The translations under genes and the position numbers were made by a program. This document shows, piece after piece, positions 28,885-37,379 of a stretch of DNA of 64,000 bases. The notes beneath the pieces are model-generated. The model was not told the origin of the DNA, did no database searches, and saw only the letters and a program-made list of their open reading frames with translations. The stretch's first letter is position 1; every line of letters starts with the position of its first letter. This DNA comes from Nitrospirota bacterium (GTDB lineage: Bacteria; Nitrospirota; Thermodesulfovibrionia; Thermodesulfovibrionales; JdFR-86): the NCBI GenBank assembly GCA_016207905.1, contig JACQZC010000045.1, positions 3,614-67,613 of the forward strand, written 5' to 3'.

Positions 28885-30593
28885 TTCCTTATACCCTTTA
28901 CGCCAACTATAAGGGTGTTTTCCTCATCTGTGTTATCAAACGGAACATTCAGATACGAAAGAGCCTTCTCAGAGATAGCCTTAAACACAGGTGCGGCAAC
29001 AGTGCCTCCATAGTAGGCTCCCTTTGGCTCGAATACAACGACTATGAGTGCAATCTTGGGGTTGTCCGCAGGAACAAAGCCTACAAACGAGCTTGCATAT
29101 TTTTCCCTCGAATATTTCTTCAGCTCGGTATTTAGCATCTGGGTTGTGCCTGTCTTGCCTGCAACACGGTTACCCTCTACGGTTGCAGTTACTGCAGTGC
29201 CTTCCTCTGTCACAGAGATAAGGATTTCTTTTAAAATGCTTGCAGTCTTTCTGGATATTGCCCTCTTTTCATTTTTAGATTTAGCCGAATTAAATGTATA
29301 GATAACATATCCTTCGGGGGTCCTTATCTCTGATACCACATGAGGGGTAACGAGTATGCCTCCATTGGCAATTGCCGAATAAGCCCTGAGAATCTGAATA
29401 GGCGTAGCAGAAACACCGTAGCCTATGGATACAGTGGCAGTGGAGGCATCGTCTGTGCCCTGTGTCATCCATCCTTGAGCTTCCCCAGGAAGGTCAATGC
29501 CTGTTTTTTCTCCAAAACCAAATCGTCTTGCATATTTAAGAAGTCTCTCATTGCCAAGCTTAAGACCAATCATCACAGAGCCTACATTGGAGGATTCCTG
29601 AATGACCTCCTTGAATGTAAGCACACTGTTTCTATGGACATCGCTTATAAGCCATTTGCCTACCTTTATGGAGCCATTTGAGCAGTCAAATGTAGTATTC
29701 ATGGTTACAATGCCTTCATCTAATCCTGCAACTGCGGTTATGAGCTTAAATGTCGAGCCCGGCTCATAGAGGTCTGTTATTGCCCTGTTTCGCCTTTCAG
29801 AGGTGGTTGCCATCTGAGGATTGTTTGGGTCATAAGTGGGCCTGCTTGCCATGGCAAATATCTCTCCTGTGTAGGGGTCCATCATTATTGCAACTGCGTG
29901 TGAGGCGCTCCATTTCTTCACTGCAAGGTCAATCTCTTCTTCCATTATATGCTGAAGCACCTCGTCTATGGTGACAACTATGCTATTGCCCCTCACATAA
30001 GGCGGTGTGCCCTCTGAGAGTTGCCAGCCATCGGCATCCCTTAAGACCGAAATCTTGCCACCTGGCTTTTTCAATTCCTCGTCGTATTTGACCTCTATTC
30101 CCTCAAGTGCCTGATTGTCTATTCCAACCGAGCCAATGACATGGCTCAAGAGCCTGCCCCTCGGATAAAACCTCTTAAGCTCTGACATAAAGCCAATTCC
30201 CTCTATCTTGAGTGCCTTTATATTTTCTACAATCTCAGGGTCAAGTTTTCTTTTAATCCAGAGAAAACTTCTGTTGGATGCATTTGCCTTAAGCAAATCC
30301 TCATACCGTGCAGATGTAAGAACGGAAACCCTGTGTGCCTGCTCTGTAGAGAAGCATACTGCTTTGGGGTTACAGTAAAGAGAGTCTGTCTCTATGTTGA
30401 CTGCAAGCTCCCTTCCACGCCTGTCGTATATGGTTCCTCTTGCTACCTCTATGTCTTTTTTCAGGGTCTGCTGTTGCCTTGCCTTCTTAGAAAGCCTTCC
30501 ATGATTAATAAGCATAATGTCAGAAAGCCGTAGGACAACCAGAAAAAAGCCAAATACTATTGCTGTACTAAGGATTACCGCCCTTTTGTTCAT
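28881..30593 (-). CDS. ftsI: penicillin-binding protein 3-type transpeptidase (FtsI)
   Basis: An N-terminal TM anchor, a PBP dimer domain, and a transpeptidase domain with STFK, SSN and KTGT motifs. Confidence 0.9.
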   Translation of the reverse strand: MNKRAVILSTAIVFGFFLVVLRLSDIMLINHGRLSKKARQQQTLKKDIEVARGTIYDRRGRELAVNIETDSLYCNPKAVCFSTEQAHRVSVLTSARYEDLLKANASNRSFLWIKRKLDPEIVENIKALKIEGIGFMSELKRFYPRGRLLSHVIGSVGIDNQALEGIEVKYDEELKKPGGKISVLRDADGWQLSEGTPPYVRGNSIVVTIDEVLQHIMEEEIDLAVKKWSASHAVAIMMDPYTGEIFAMASRPTYDPNNPQMATTSERRNRAITDLYEPGSTFKLITAVAGLDEGIVTMNTTFDCSNGSIKVGKWLISDVHRNSVLTFKEVIQESSNVGSVMIGLKLGNERLLKYARRFGFGEKTGIDLPGEAQGWMTQGTDDASTATVSIGYGVSATPIQILRAYSAIANGGILVTPHVVSEIRTPEGYVIYTFNSAKSKNEKRAISRKTASILKEILISVTEEGTAVTATVEGNRVAGKTGTTQMLNTELKKYSREKYASSFVGFVPADNPKIALIVVVFEPKGAYYGGTVAAPVFKAISEKALSYLNVPFDNTDEENTLIVGVKGIRK

Positions 30594-30930
30594 CTAACAC
30601 TTCATCCCCCCTATGTGATGCATCAGTAGTTCCCCATGTCTGCCTTTTTACATGAATAACCTTTTTCCTGTCAGGATAACCGAGCCCTGCTACTTCTATT
30701 CCCCTTACCTGTAGCACTTCCATCGAAAGGGCAGATGCCCTTTTTGCAATAAGTGTCTTAATCTCTTTCAAGGCAGACGCCCTTTCTGCTTCAAGCACTC
30801 CTATCTGATATTCGATTTGTGTGATGCTTGAACGAAGCCAGACCAATCCAAAGATGCCTGTTAAGATGAAGATAACAAGAAGGGATTTAATTAGATATGA
30901 TAACATGCTTTTTTGGGCAGTGTAAATCAT
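30568..30930 (-). CDS. ftsL: FtsL-like cell division protein (TM + coiled coil)
   Basis: A 120-aa ORF with a single TM helix then a heptad-like segment. It occupies the conserved position between rsmH and ftsI, overlapping ftsI by 26 nt. Confidence 0.6.
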   Translation of the reverse strand: MIYTAQKSMLSYLIKSLLVIFILTGIFGLVWLRSSITQIEYQIGVLEAERASALKEIKTLIAKRASALSMEVLQVRGIEVAGLGYPDRKKVIHVKRQTWGTTDASHRGDEVLDEQKGGNP

Positions 30931-31799
30931 ACCCTTTCACCTGCCCTCAGCTTTGCACTCCTTGCCGATGGATTTGCCCTTTGCTCTGTCTCATCAGGCG
31001 TAACAGGCTTTTTAGTAAGCACGCTGAGTGTCCCCTGCTCTTTGGCTGTCCTCATAAAGTTCTTAACGAGTCTGTCTTCGAGTGAGTGATAGGATATAGC
31101 AACAAGCCTTCCTTGCCTTTTAAGTATCTTAAGGCTGGCATGAAGTCCATCTTGAATCTCATTTAGTTCATTGTTGACTGCAATCCTAAGTGCCTGAAAT
31201 GTCCTTGTTGCAGGATGAATCCTTCCCCTTCCATGGAAAACCTCCTCTATAATCTTAGAAAGCTCCATTGTGCTCCTAATCGGTCTTTTAAGTAGAATCC
31301 TTCTTGCTATCCTCGAGGAGAACCTTTCTTCGCCATACTCTCTAAGGATTCTCTCGATGTCCCTCTCAGGATAGGAATTCACTATATCCTCTGCCTTAAG
31401 GGATTGTGCCCTATCCATCCTCATGTCGAGGGGCTCATCCTTAAGAAAACTGAATCCCCTTCCTGAGCCTTTAATCTGAAGCATGGAGAGCCCGAAATCA
31501 AAGAGTATGCCATCTGCCAAAATGTCTCCCAAAACATCCTCAAGCTCTGAAAACCTTGCCTTTCTGAGACTGCATCTTTTGTCCATGAGCCTTTGGGATG
31601 CCACTTTTAGTGCCTCCTCGTCTCTGTCGGTTGCAATGACTCTGCCATGTGTGCCAATGTGCTTAAGAATCTCGCTTGAATGTCCTCCTCCTCCAACTGT
31701 TGCATCCACATACACACCACCCTCATAGATGTTAAGAAAATCAATCACCTGCCTGAGCATAACAGGCAGATGAACCGTTAATTTATCTTTAGAGCCCAA
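30927..31799 (-). CDS. rsmH: 16S rRNA (cytosine1402-N4)-methyltransferase
   Basis: HLPVML, DATVGGGGHS, and SYHSLEDR motifs. It is the second gene of the dcw cluster. Confidence 0.95.
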   Translation of the reverse strand: MGSKDKLTVHLPVMLRQVIDFLNIYEGGVYVDATVGGGGHSSEILKHIGTHGRVIATDRDEEALKVASQRLMDKRCSLRKARFSELEDVLGDILADGILFDFGLSMLQIKGSGRGFSFLKDEPLDMRMDRAQSLKAEDIVNSYPERDIERILREYGEERFSSRIARRILLKRPIRSTMELSKIIEEVFHGRGRIHPATRTFQALRIAVNNELNEIQDGLHASLKILKRQGRLVAISYHSLEDRLVKNFMRTAKEQGTLSVLTKKPVTPDETEQRANPSARSAKLRAGERV

Positions 31800-32241
31800 A
31801 ATCGCTTAAGGTTGCTTCAAGGGCTTTTCTGTCAATCAGGGATGGGTCCGTGACTCCTTCCCATAACTTCTTATCCCATATCTCTATTTTTTCGATCTGT
31901 CCGACTATGACAACTTCACTGTTTACCTCTGCATCCTGTCTGTGTGCAGAAGGTATTAAAACCCTTCCCTGCTTGTCCATCTCTATCTCGACTGCCGATG
32001 CAATAACCCTTCTCATAAAAAACCTTACATGTTCGTTCATCTTAGGAAGTGCCCTTACCTTTTCCTCGAGCCTGCTCCATTCCTCAAGCGGATATATATG
32101 AAGACACTTCTCAGATGGAGAATTCGTGATATAAAGCCTTGGAGAGTAGTTGGCTGAAATTATCTCCCTAAAAGAAGAAGGCACTATGAGCCTTCCCTTT
32201 GAATCTAGAGTATAATAATACTTTCCTGAAAAAGCAGGCAT
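31789..32241 (-). CDS. mraZ: transcriptional regulator MraZ
   Basis: 150 aa with duplicated SpoVT/AbrB-like halves (DSKGRLIVP / DKQGRVLIP). It is the first gene of the dcw cluster. Confidence 0.95.
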   Translation of the reverse strand: MPAFSGKYYYTLDSKGRLIVPSSFREIISANYSPRLYITNSPSEKCLHIYPLEEWSRLEEKVRALPKMNEHVRFFMRRVIASAVEIEMDKQGRVLIPSAHRQDAEVNSEVVIVGQIEKIEIWDKKLWEGVTDPSLIDRKALEATLSDFGL

Positions 32242-32255
32242 CTCTTTATTTCACT

Positions 32256-32280
32256 CCACTTTCTACCACTTTTTACCACA
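32256..32280 (-). promoter_or_regulatory. MraZ operator: three direct GTGG boxes at 10-bp spacing
   Basis: The minus strand reads TGTGG-taaaa-AGTGG-tagaa-AGTGG (plus-strand CCACT at 32256-60 and 32266-70, CCACA at 32276-80). The boxes lie immediately downstream of the Pmra -10 and upstream of the mraZ ATG. MraZ is known to bind three direct GTGG-type repeats separated by 5-nt spacers. Confidence 0.6.
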
Positions 32281-32282
32281 TA

Positions 32283-32311
32283 ATATTATGCATCCTTGGG
32301 CTTCTTGTCAA
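32283..32311 (-). promoter_or_regulatory. sigma70-type promoter of the dcw cluster (Pmra)
   Basis: The minus strand has TTGACA (32311-32306), a 17-nt spacer, then TAATAT (32288-32283). Confidence 0.55.
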
Positions 32312-32426
32312 GAGAAAAATGGGGAAATCCTTATATCCCTATATTTTGTGATTAATAATTCAAATGACTACTATCTGTAGTGTTGCCTCTTAGAAGGTAT
32401 ATTCCTCGCTAAGAGCGATTAATCGC

Positions 32427-32472
32427 ATAGGACATTTCTACTTTGGCAAGAATAGGACATTTCTACTTTGGC
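32427..32472. repeat. tandem direct repeat, 2 x 21 bp (ATAGGACATTTCTACTTTGGC) with 25-bp period
   Basis: Exact copies at 32427-32447 and 32452-32472, preceded by the 12-bp palindrome GCGATTAATCGC (32415-32426). They lie in the divergent mraZ/ihfA intergenic region. Confidence 0.8.
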
Positions 32473-32500
32473 TTGAGATTAACACAAAAAAGGATTTCCC

Positions 32501-32529
32501 TTGACAATCTTCTATCTACTTAATATAAT
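32501..32529 (+). promoter_or_regulatory. consensus sigma70 promoter for ihfA-merR
   Basis: TTGACA (32501-32506), a 17-nt spacer, then TATAAT (32524-32529). The ATG at 32543 leaves only about 6-7 nt of leader and no SD. Confidence 0.65.
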
Positions 32530-32542
32530 TAAGAAAATTCCC

Positions 32543-32818
32543 ATGACAAAAGCAGACATCGTAGAGATTATATTTGATAAGGTAGGGCTCTCGAAAAAAG
32601 AGGCACAGGATATTTTAGAGGTAATATTCGAGACGATAAAAAATGCTGTTACAGAGGGAGAATCAGTCAAGGTATCTAAGTTCGGAACATTCAATGTAAG
32701 GAAGAAGCAGTCAAGGAGGGGCAGGAATCCTCAGACAGGCGAGGAACTGGAAATAACCCCAAGAAGGGTGCTTACATTTAAGGCAAGTAACCAGCTAAAG
32801 GAGATTATAGGAAAATAA
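32543..32818 (+). CDS. ihfA: integration host factor alpha-like DNA-bending protein (HU/IHF family)
   Basis: MTKADIVEIIFDKVGLSKKEAQDILEVIFE...GRNPQTGEELEITPRRVLTFKAS closely parallels IHF-alpha. The track's TTG start at 32501 is actually the -35 hexamer. Confidence 0.8.
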   Translation: MTKADIVEIIFDKVGLSKKEAQDILEVIFETIKNAVTEGESVKVSKFGTFNVRKKQSRRGRNPQTGEELEITPRRVLTFKASNQLKEIIGK

Positions 32819-32819
32819 T

Positions 32820-33227
32820 ATGCAGAAGCCTCATGCTAAAACCATCGCACCGAACAATCCTCTGCCTGATAAGCTGTTTTATAAGATAGGCGAGGTATCG
32901 AGGATTACGGCGGTTGAGCCTTATGTGCTTAGATACTGGGAGTCCGAGTTTCCTTTTTTGAGACCAAGGAAAAGCAAATCAGGTCAAAGGGTATATATAA
33001 AGAAAGACCTCGAGACAATCCTCGAGATAAAGAAACTTCTTTATTCCGAAAGGTATACAATCGAGGGTGTAAGGAAAAGATTTAGAGATTTAACCCCTGA
33101 ACTCACGGCTCTGCCCCAGGTGACTTCATTGGCTTCGGTAGTGTTAGAAGGCTCAGTGAGTGCCTCTTTAGATGCCATCGAACAGATAAAGCAGAAGCTC
33201 AGAAACATCATCAGTCATCTCGTTTAG
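32820..33227 (+). CDS. MerR-family transcriptional regulator
   Basis: [24 protein letters not shown]...[20 protein letters not shown] is a MerR-type HTH. Confidence 0.8.
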   Translation: MQKPHAKTIAPNNPLPDKLFYKIGEVSRITAVEPYVLRYWESEFPFLRPRKSKSGQRVYIKKDLETILEIKKLLYSERYTIEGVRKRFRDLTPELTALPQVTSLASVVLEGSVSASLDAIEQIKQKLRNIISHLV

Positions 33228-33229
33228 CT

Positions 33230-33303
33230 CGGGGCGTAGCGCAGCCTGGTAGCGCACTCGCTTGGGGTGCGAGTGGTCGGCAGTTCAAATCTGCTCGCCC
33301 CGA
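33230..33303 (+). tRNA. tRNA-Pro (anticodon GGG)
   Basis: Folds by hand into a cloverleaf: acceptor CGGGGCG/CGCCCCG, D-arm GCGC/GCGC, anticodon stem CTCGC/GCGAG with loop TTGGGGT (anticodon GGG, G37), T-arm GGCAG-TTCAAAT-CTGCT, discriminator A. 74 nt, with no encoded CCA. Confidence 0.9.
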
Positions 33304-33359
33304 TGAGCTAACTAACCGGATGAGTCAGATGTAGTCAAAAAGAACCATTGTCTTTCGGT

Positions 33360-33665
33360 CTACTTAGGAGGCAATTTTGCAGGCTCTACAGGTGCTGTCT
33401 TTTCCTTGACAGCAGGTGACTCTTTTATGATGGTTTCTTTTCTCACGGATGCAATTGCCAAAAACAAGGATGTCAGCATGAAAACAACTGCAACGATTGT
33501 GGTCAGCTTACTGAGGAATGTAGCCGCTCCTCTTCCTCCAAAAAGCGTCTGGCTTGAGCCTCCAAATGCAGCGCCAAGCTCTGCGCCCTTTCCACCTTGT
33601 ATCAGCACTACGAATATCAGAAAGAAACTTACAAGGACATGTATTATCAAAAGCAGGGTTACCAT
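33360..33665 (-). CDS. secG: preprotein translocase subunit SecG
   Basis: 101 aa; LIQGGKGAELGAAFGGSSQTLFG is the SecG signature, and there are two TM helices. Confidence 0.9.
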   Translation of the reverse strand: MVTLLLIIHVLVSFFLIFVVLIQGGKGAELGAAFGGSSQTLFGGRGAATFLSKLTTIVAVVFMLTSLFLAIASVRKETIIKESPAVKEKTAPVEPAKLPPK

Positions 33666-34409
33666 TTATCCTCCTTTAACTATTTTAGCAAAACTCTCTG
33701 CCTTTAGGCTTGCACCGCCAACCAGTGCTCCATCGACATCAGGGCATGACATAAGTGCATTTATATTCTCAGGAGTCACGCTTCCTCCATAAAGTATTCT
33801 CAACTTATCTGCCACAGAGCCATACATATCCTTTATCTCGGACCTTATATATTTATGAGCCTCCTCTGCCTGCTCTTCAGTTGCTGTAACCCCGGTTCCT
33901 ATAGCCCATACAGGCTCATAGGCAATAACTATGTCTTTAATCTCACTTATGCCCTTAAGCCCTCCATGAACCTGTGACCTGAGAACATCAAATGTCCTGC
34001 CTGCATTTCTTTCACTTAGGCTTTCTCCTATGCAGAAAATAACTCCAAGACCTTCTTTTAACGAAGCCTTTATCTTCTTATTGACCGTCTCATCGGTTTC
34101 ATTAAAATACTGTCTTCTTTCCGAATGCCCGATTATCACAAACCTGCACCCTACATCCCTGAGCATAAGAGGTGAGACCTCGCCTGTGTATGCACCTTTT
34201 TCCTCATAAAAGACATCCTGAGCCGAAAGCATCACGACTGTGCCCTTTAGCCTTTCGGAAACCCTCTCAAGGGCTGTAAAAGGAGGGGCTATTACAATAT
34301 CCCTGTTGCCGACTTTCTCGATTGACCGAAGGAATTCGTTTAAGAACTCCATGGCATCAGGGAGAGTCTTATTCATTTTCCAGTTAGCCGCAATAAAAGG
34401 TCTTCGCAT
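33666..34409 (-). CDS. tpiA: triosephosphate isomerase
   Basis: IAANWKMN, IIGHSERR, and AYEPVWAIGTG motifs. Confidence 0.95.
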   Translation of the reverse strand: MRRPFIAANWKMNKTLPDAMEFLNEFLRSIEKVGNRDIVIAPPFTALERVSERLKGTVVMLSAQDVFYEEKGAYTGEVSPLMLRDVGCRFVIIGHSERRQYFNETDETVNKKIKASLKEGLGVIFCIGESLSERNAGRTFDVLRSQVHGGLKGISEIKDIVIAYEPVWAIGTGVTATEEQAEEAHKYIRSEIKDMYGSVADKLRILYGGSVTPENINALMSCPDVDGALVGGASLKAESFAKIVKGG

Positions 34410-34767
34410 TTGAGTTTTAATTATACCCGAAAATGAAGCCAGAGGGCAAATCGAAAATATAATGGGTAGAGCTTATGTCCTACCAAGCCGAGCCAACTAC
34501 TATATAAATAAATTTATGACGCTATTTGATAAAGTTCTAAAACTTAGCGAATTAGTGAGATAGAACAACTGTTGTTCTATTTTTAGCATCCATCTCTTTC
34601 TTTAACCCGTAAAGCAAAAACATTAGACCCTGAAAGGATGGAGGAAATACTTGAGAGAGGATATGGGATTAAAAGAAGATAATAGAATGAATTTACACAA
34701 AATGATTGGCACTACCTTCTTCCCCTTTTCTAAGGGGGATTACTGGATTTTATGATATACTTACACA

Positions 34768-35955
34768 ATGACTCCTGAAACCATATACCTTGACAACAAT
34801 GCAACTACATGCATCTCTTTAGAGGTTATCTCGGAGATGATGCCTTATATCAAGACCCTTTATGGAAATCCATCGAGCATGCACACATTTGGCTCCTCTA
34901 TAAGGGAAAAGATTGAGGAGGCAAGGGAAAGGGTTGCCTATTTAATAGGCGCAGAGCCAGAAGAGATAGTCTTTACGAGCTGTGGCACTGAAAGCGACAA
35001 CACAGCACTTATGAGCGCAGTGGATGCATATCCTCATAAAAAACATATAATCACCACCTCTGTAGAGCATCCTGCTGTTCTTAACTTCGTAAGCCATCTC
35101 CAGAAGACAAAAGGCTTCAGAGTGACTTACTTACCTGTTGACGGTAAGGGAAATCTGGACATGGATGAGTTCCTTAATGCCATTTCCGAAGAAACCTCGA
35201 TAGTCTCTGTGATGTATGCAAACAACGAGACAGGTGTGATCTTCCCTCTCAAGGAGATAGCCGGAATAATAAGGGAGAAGTCCATGGAATATGGAAGAAA
35301 AATCCTCTTTCACACAGATGCTGTTCAGGCAGTAGGAAAGATTCCTATAAATGTAAAAGAGCTGTCTTCTCTGGACATGCTATCCATCTCCGGGCATAAG
35401 CTTCATGCACCAAAAGGTATAGGCGCACTTTATGTAAGAAAGGGCATGCGGTTTCATCCATATATAATCGGAGGACATCAGGAAAATGGAATGAGGGCAG
35501 GGACCGAAAACACTGCCTCTATAATCGGTCTTGGAAAGGCATGCGAGCTTGCAAGCGAAAGGCTTCCAGATGATGACTCCTATATCGGAAGGCTCAGGGA
35601 CAAGCTTGAGTCGAGCCTTCTTGAAAGGTGCTCGCCAGCGAGGATAAATGGAGATAAGGAGAGGCGTCTGGCAAACACGACGAATATAAGCTTTGATTAT
35701 GTCTCAGGCGAGGCAATACTCGTTAAGCTCAACGAGCATGGTATATGCGTGTCAACTGGCTCTGCATGCGCATCGGGCTCTGGAGAGCCAAGCCATGTGC
35801 TTAAGGCAATGTCTGTGCCTCCAGAGGCAATACACGGCTCTATAAGGTTTTCCCTCGGAAGATATAATAAAGAGGCAGAGATCGATAAGGTGGTTAAAAT
35901 CCTGCCTGCAATCGTAAATGAGCTGAGGGAGATTTCGCCTCTTAGCAAATGCTGA
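34768..35955 (+). CDS. nifS: cysteine desulfurase, NifS/IscS class (aminotransferase class V)
   Basis: YLDNNATT, the PLP lysine motif SGHKLHAPKG, and the active-site loop SACASG. 395 aa. Confidence 0.9.
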   Translation: MTPETIYLDNNATTCISLEVISEMMPYIKTLYGNPSSMHTFGSSIREKIEEARERVAYLIGAEPEEIVFTSCGTESDNTALMSAVDAYPHKKHIITTSVEHPAVLNFVSHLQKTKGFRVTYLPVDGKGNLDMDEFLNAISEETSIVSVMYANNETGVIFPLKEIAGIIREKSMEYGRKILFHTDAVQAVGKIPINVKELSSLDMLSISGHKLHAPKGIGALYVRKGMRFHPYIIGGHQENGMRAGTENTASIIGLGKACELASERLPDDDSYIGRLRDKLESSLLERCSPARINGDKERRLANTTNISFDYVSGEAILVKLNEHGICVSTGSACASGSGEPSHVLKAMSVPPEAIHGSIRFSLGRYNKEAEIDKVVKILPAIVNELREISPLSKC

Positions 35956-36039
35956 AAGGTATCCCCGTAGCAAGCTACAGGGAATAGTCCAGTTTAAAAA
36001 TAGTTTACATTTATACATGATTTCCTGTATCTTTTTATT

Positions 36040-36702
36040 ATGATTGACCTTCACACGCATAGCATCCTTAGCGATGGAGAGCTTCTTCCATTTGAGCTTG
36101 TGGTTAGGGCAATGAATGCGGGCTATAAGGCAATTGCCATCACAGACCATGTAGATGCCTCCAATATCGATTTTTCGGTTCCAAGATTGGTTAAGGCGGT
36201 TATGAAACTAAAAGGGCTTTTCCCAATAGAGGTTATAGCAGGCGCCGAGATAACTCATGTGCCTCCACAGTTGATTAGAGAGCTTGTGAAGGAGGCGAGG
36301 GAGCTTGGTGCAGAGCTTGTAGTGGTTCACGGAGAGACCATTGTAGAGCCAGTTATACCCGGCACGAACAGGGCCGCCATAGAGGCAGGTGCTGACATAA
36401 TCGCACACCCAGGGCTTATCCTTACAGAGGACATCCTATTTGCAAAGGAAAAAAAAGTCGTTCTCGAGATTACGGCAAGAAAAGGACATTGCCTTTCAAA
36501 TGGGTATGTTGCAAAAGAGGCAAATAGATTCGGAGCACCTCTCGTCATAAACACGGATGCACATAGCCCCTCTGACCTCATCTCAAAGGAGACGGCAAGA
36601 AAAATCCTTCTTTCCTCTGGCATCGAAGACAACCGCATAGAGTCTGTCTTTGAGACCTCCTCTGCCCTTGTCCAAAAGGCATTAAGGAGAGGCAATGCCT
36701 AA
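36040..36702 (+). CDS. PHP-domain metal-dependent phosphoesterase (histidinol-phosphatase family)
   Basis: MIDLHTHSILSDGEL, ITDHVD, and NTDAH are PHP-domain metal-ligand motifs. Confidence 0.7.
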   Translation: MIDLHTHSILSDGELLPFELVVRAMNAGYKAIAITDHVDASNIDFSVPRLVKAVMKLKGLFPIEVIAGAEITHVPPQLIRELVKEARELGAELVVVHGETIVEPVIPGTNRAAIEAGADIIAHPGLILTEDILFAKEKKVVLEITARKGHCLSNGYVAKEANRFGAPLVINTDAHSPSDLISKETARKILLSSGIEDNRIESVFETSSALVQKALRRGNA

Positions 36703-37375
36703 GGCTATTAAGAAAAAGATAGAGCCTATAAAGAAAAAAGAGGACATACAAACGGTTCTCACAAAGGCAAGGGCATTTTTTACCATGGAGAAAAAATACA
36801 GGCTGATTGCCTTTTCGGTTGTTTCTCTTATAGTCCTTGTCCTTGTAGGTTTCCTCTATCTAAGGAATAAGGAGAGAAATGCAGAGGAGCTTTTCTACGA
36901 AGGGTATAAGCTTTACTATGGGCTTTATCAGAGACAACCTCAGTCTCAGGTAGAAAGACTCTCAAAGGCATTAGATAGCTTTAAGTCTGCTTATAAGGCA
37001 AAAGGCTCTGCCCTATCCCTTTATTACATAGCAAACTGCTATTACGGCCTCCAAAAATATGACGATGCCATTTCATCCCTAAGGGAGCTGAACCAGAGAT
37101 TCCCTGATGACGAAAGGTTTGTGCCACTGACTTATTATAAGATGTCAATGGCAAGCTTAAAGAAAGGCAATAAGGAAGAGGCATTGAAATATTTAGAGAT
37201 ACTCTATAACTACAAAGGCATTGCCTATGACGACATTGCACTCATGGAGTCAGCAAATATCCTCGATGAGATGGGCAAGACTAAAGAGGCAAAGGAAAAA
37301 TACGAGCAGGTCATCAAGGATTTCTCATGGTCTCCTTTATCCGAGCAAGCAAAGGCAAGGCTGAAAAAGGGTTAG
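36695..37375 (+). CDS. membrane-anchored tetratricopeptide-repeat protein (YfgM-like)
   Basis: A basic N-terminus, one TM helix, then TPR-like repeats. It overlaps the PHP gene by 8 nt. Confidence 0.6.
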   Translation: MPKAIKKKIEPIKKKEDIQTVLTKARAFFTMEKKYRLIAFSVVSLIVLVLVGFLYLRNKERNAEELFYEGYKLYYGLYQRQPQSQVERLSKALDSFKSAYKAKGSALSLYYIANCYYGLQKYDDAISSLRELNQRFPDDERFVPLTYYKMSMASLKKGNKEEALKYLEILYNYKGIAYDDIALMESANILDEMGKTKEAKEKYEQVIKDFSWSPLSEQAKARLKKG

Positions 37376-37379
37376 TGCA

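Noticed and set aside
32501-32542. TTG start giving a 105-aa IHF protein
   Set aside because: The TTG is the first base triplet of a perfect TTGACA -35 hexamer, followed 17 nt later by TATAAT. IHF/HU proteins are about 90 aa and begin at MTKAD.
34707-34722. TGGCAC element upstream of nifS as a sigma54 promoter
   Set aside because: TGGCACTACCTTCTTC has the -24 GG, but TCTT sits where the -12 TTGC is required, so there is no GC at -12.
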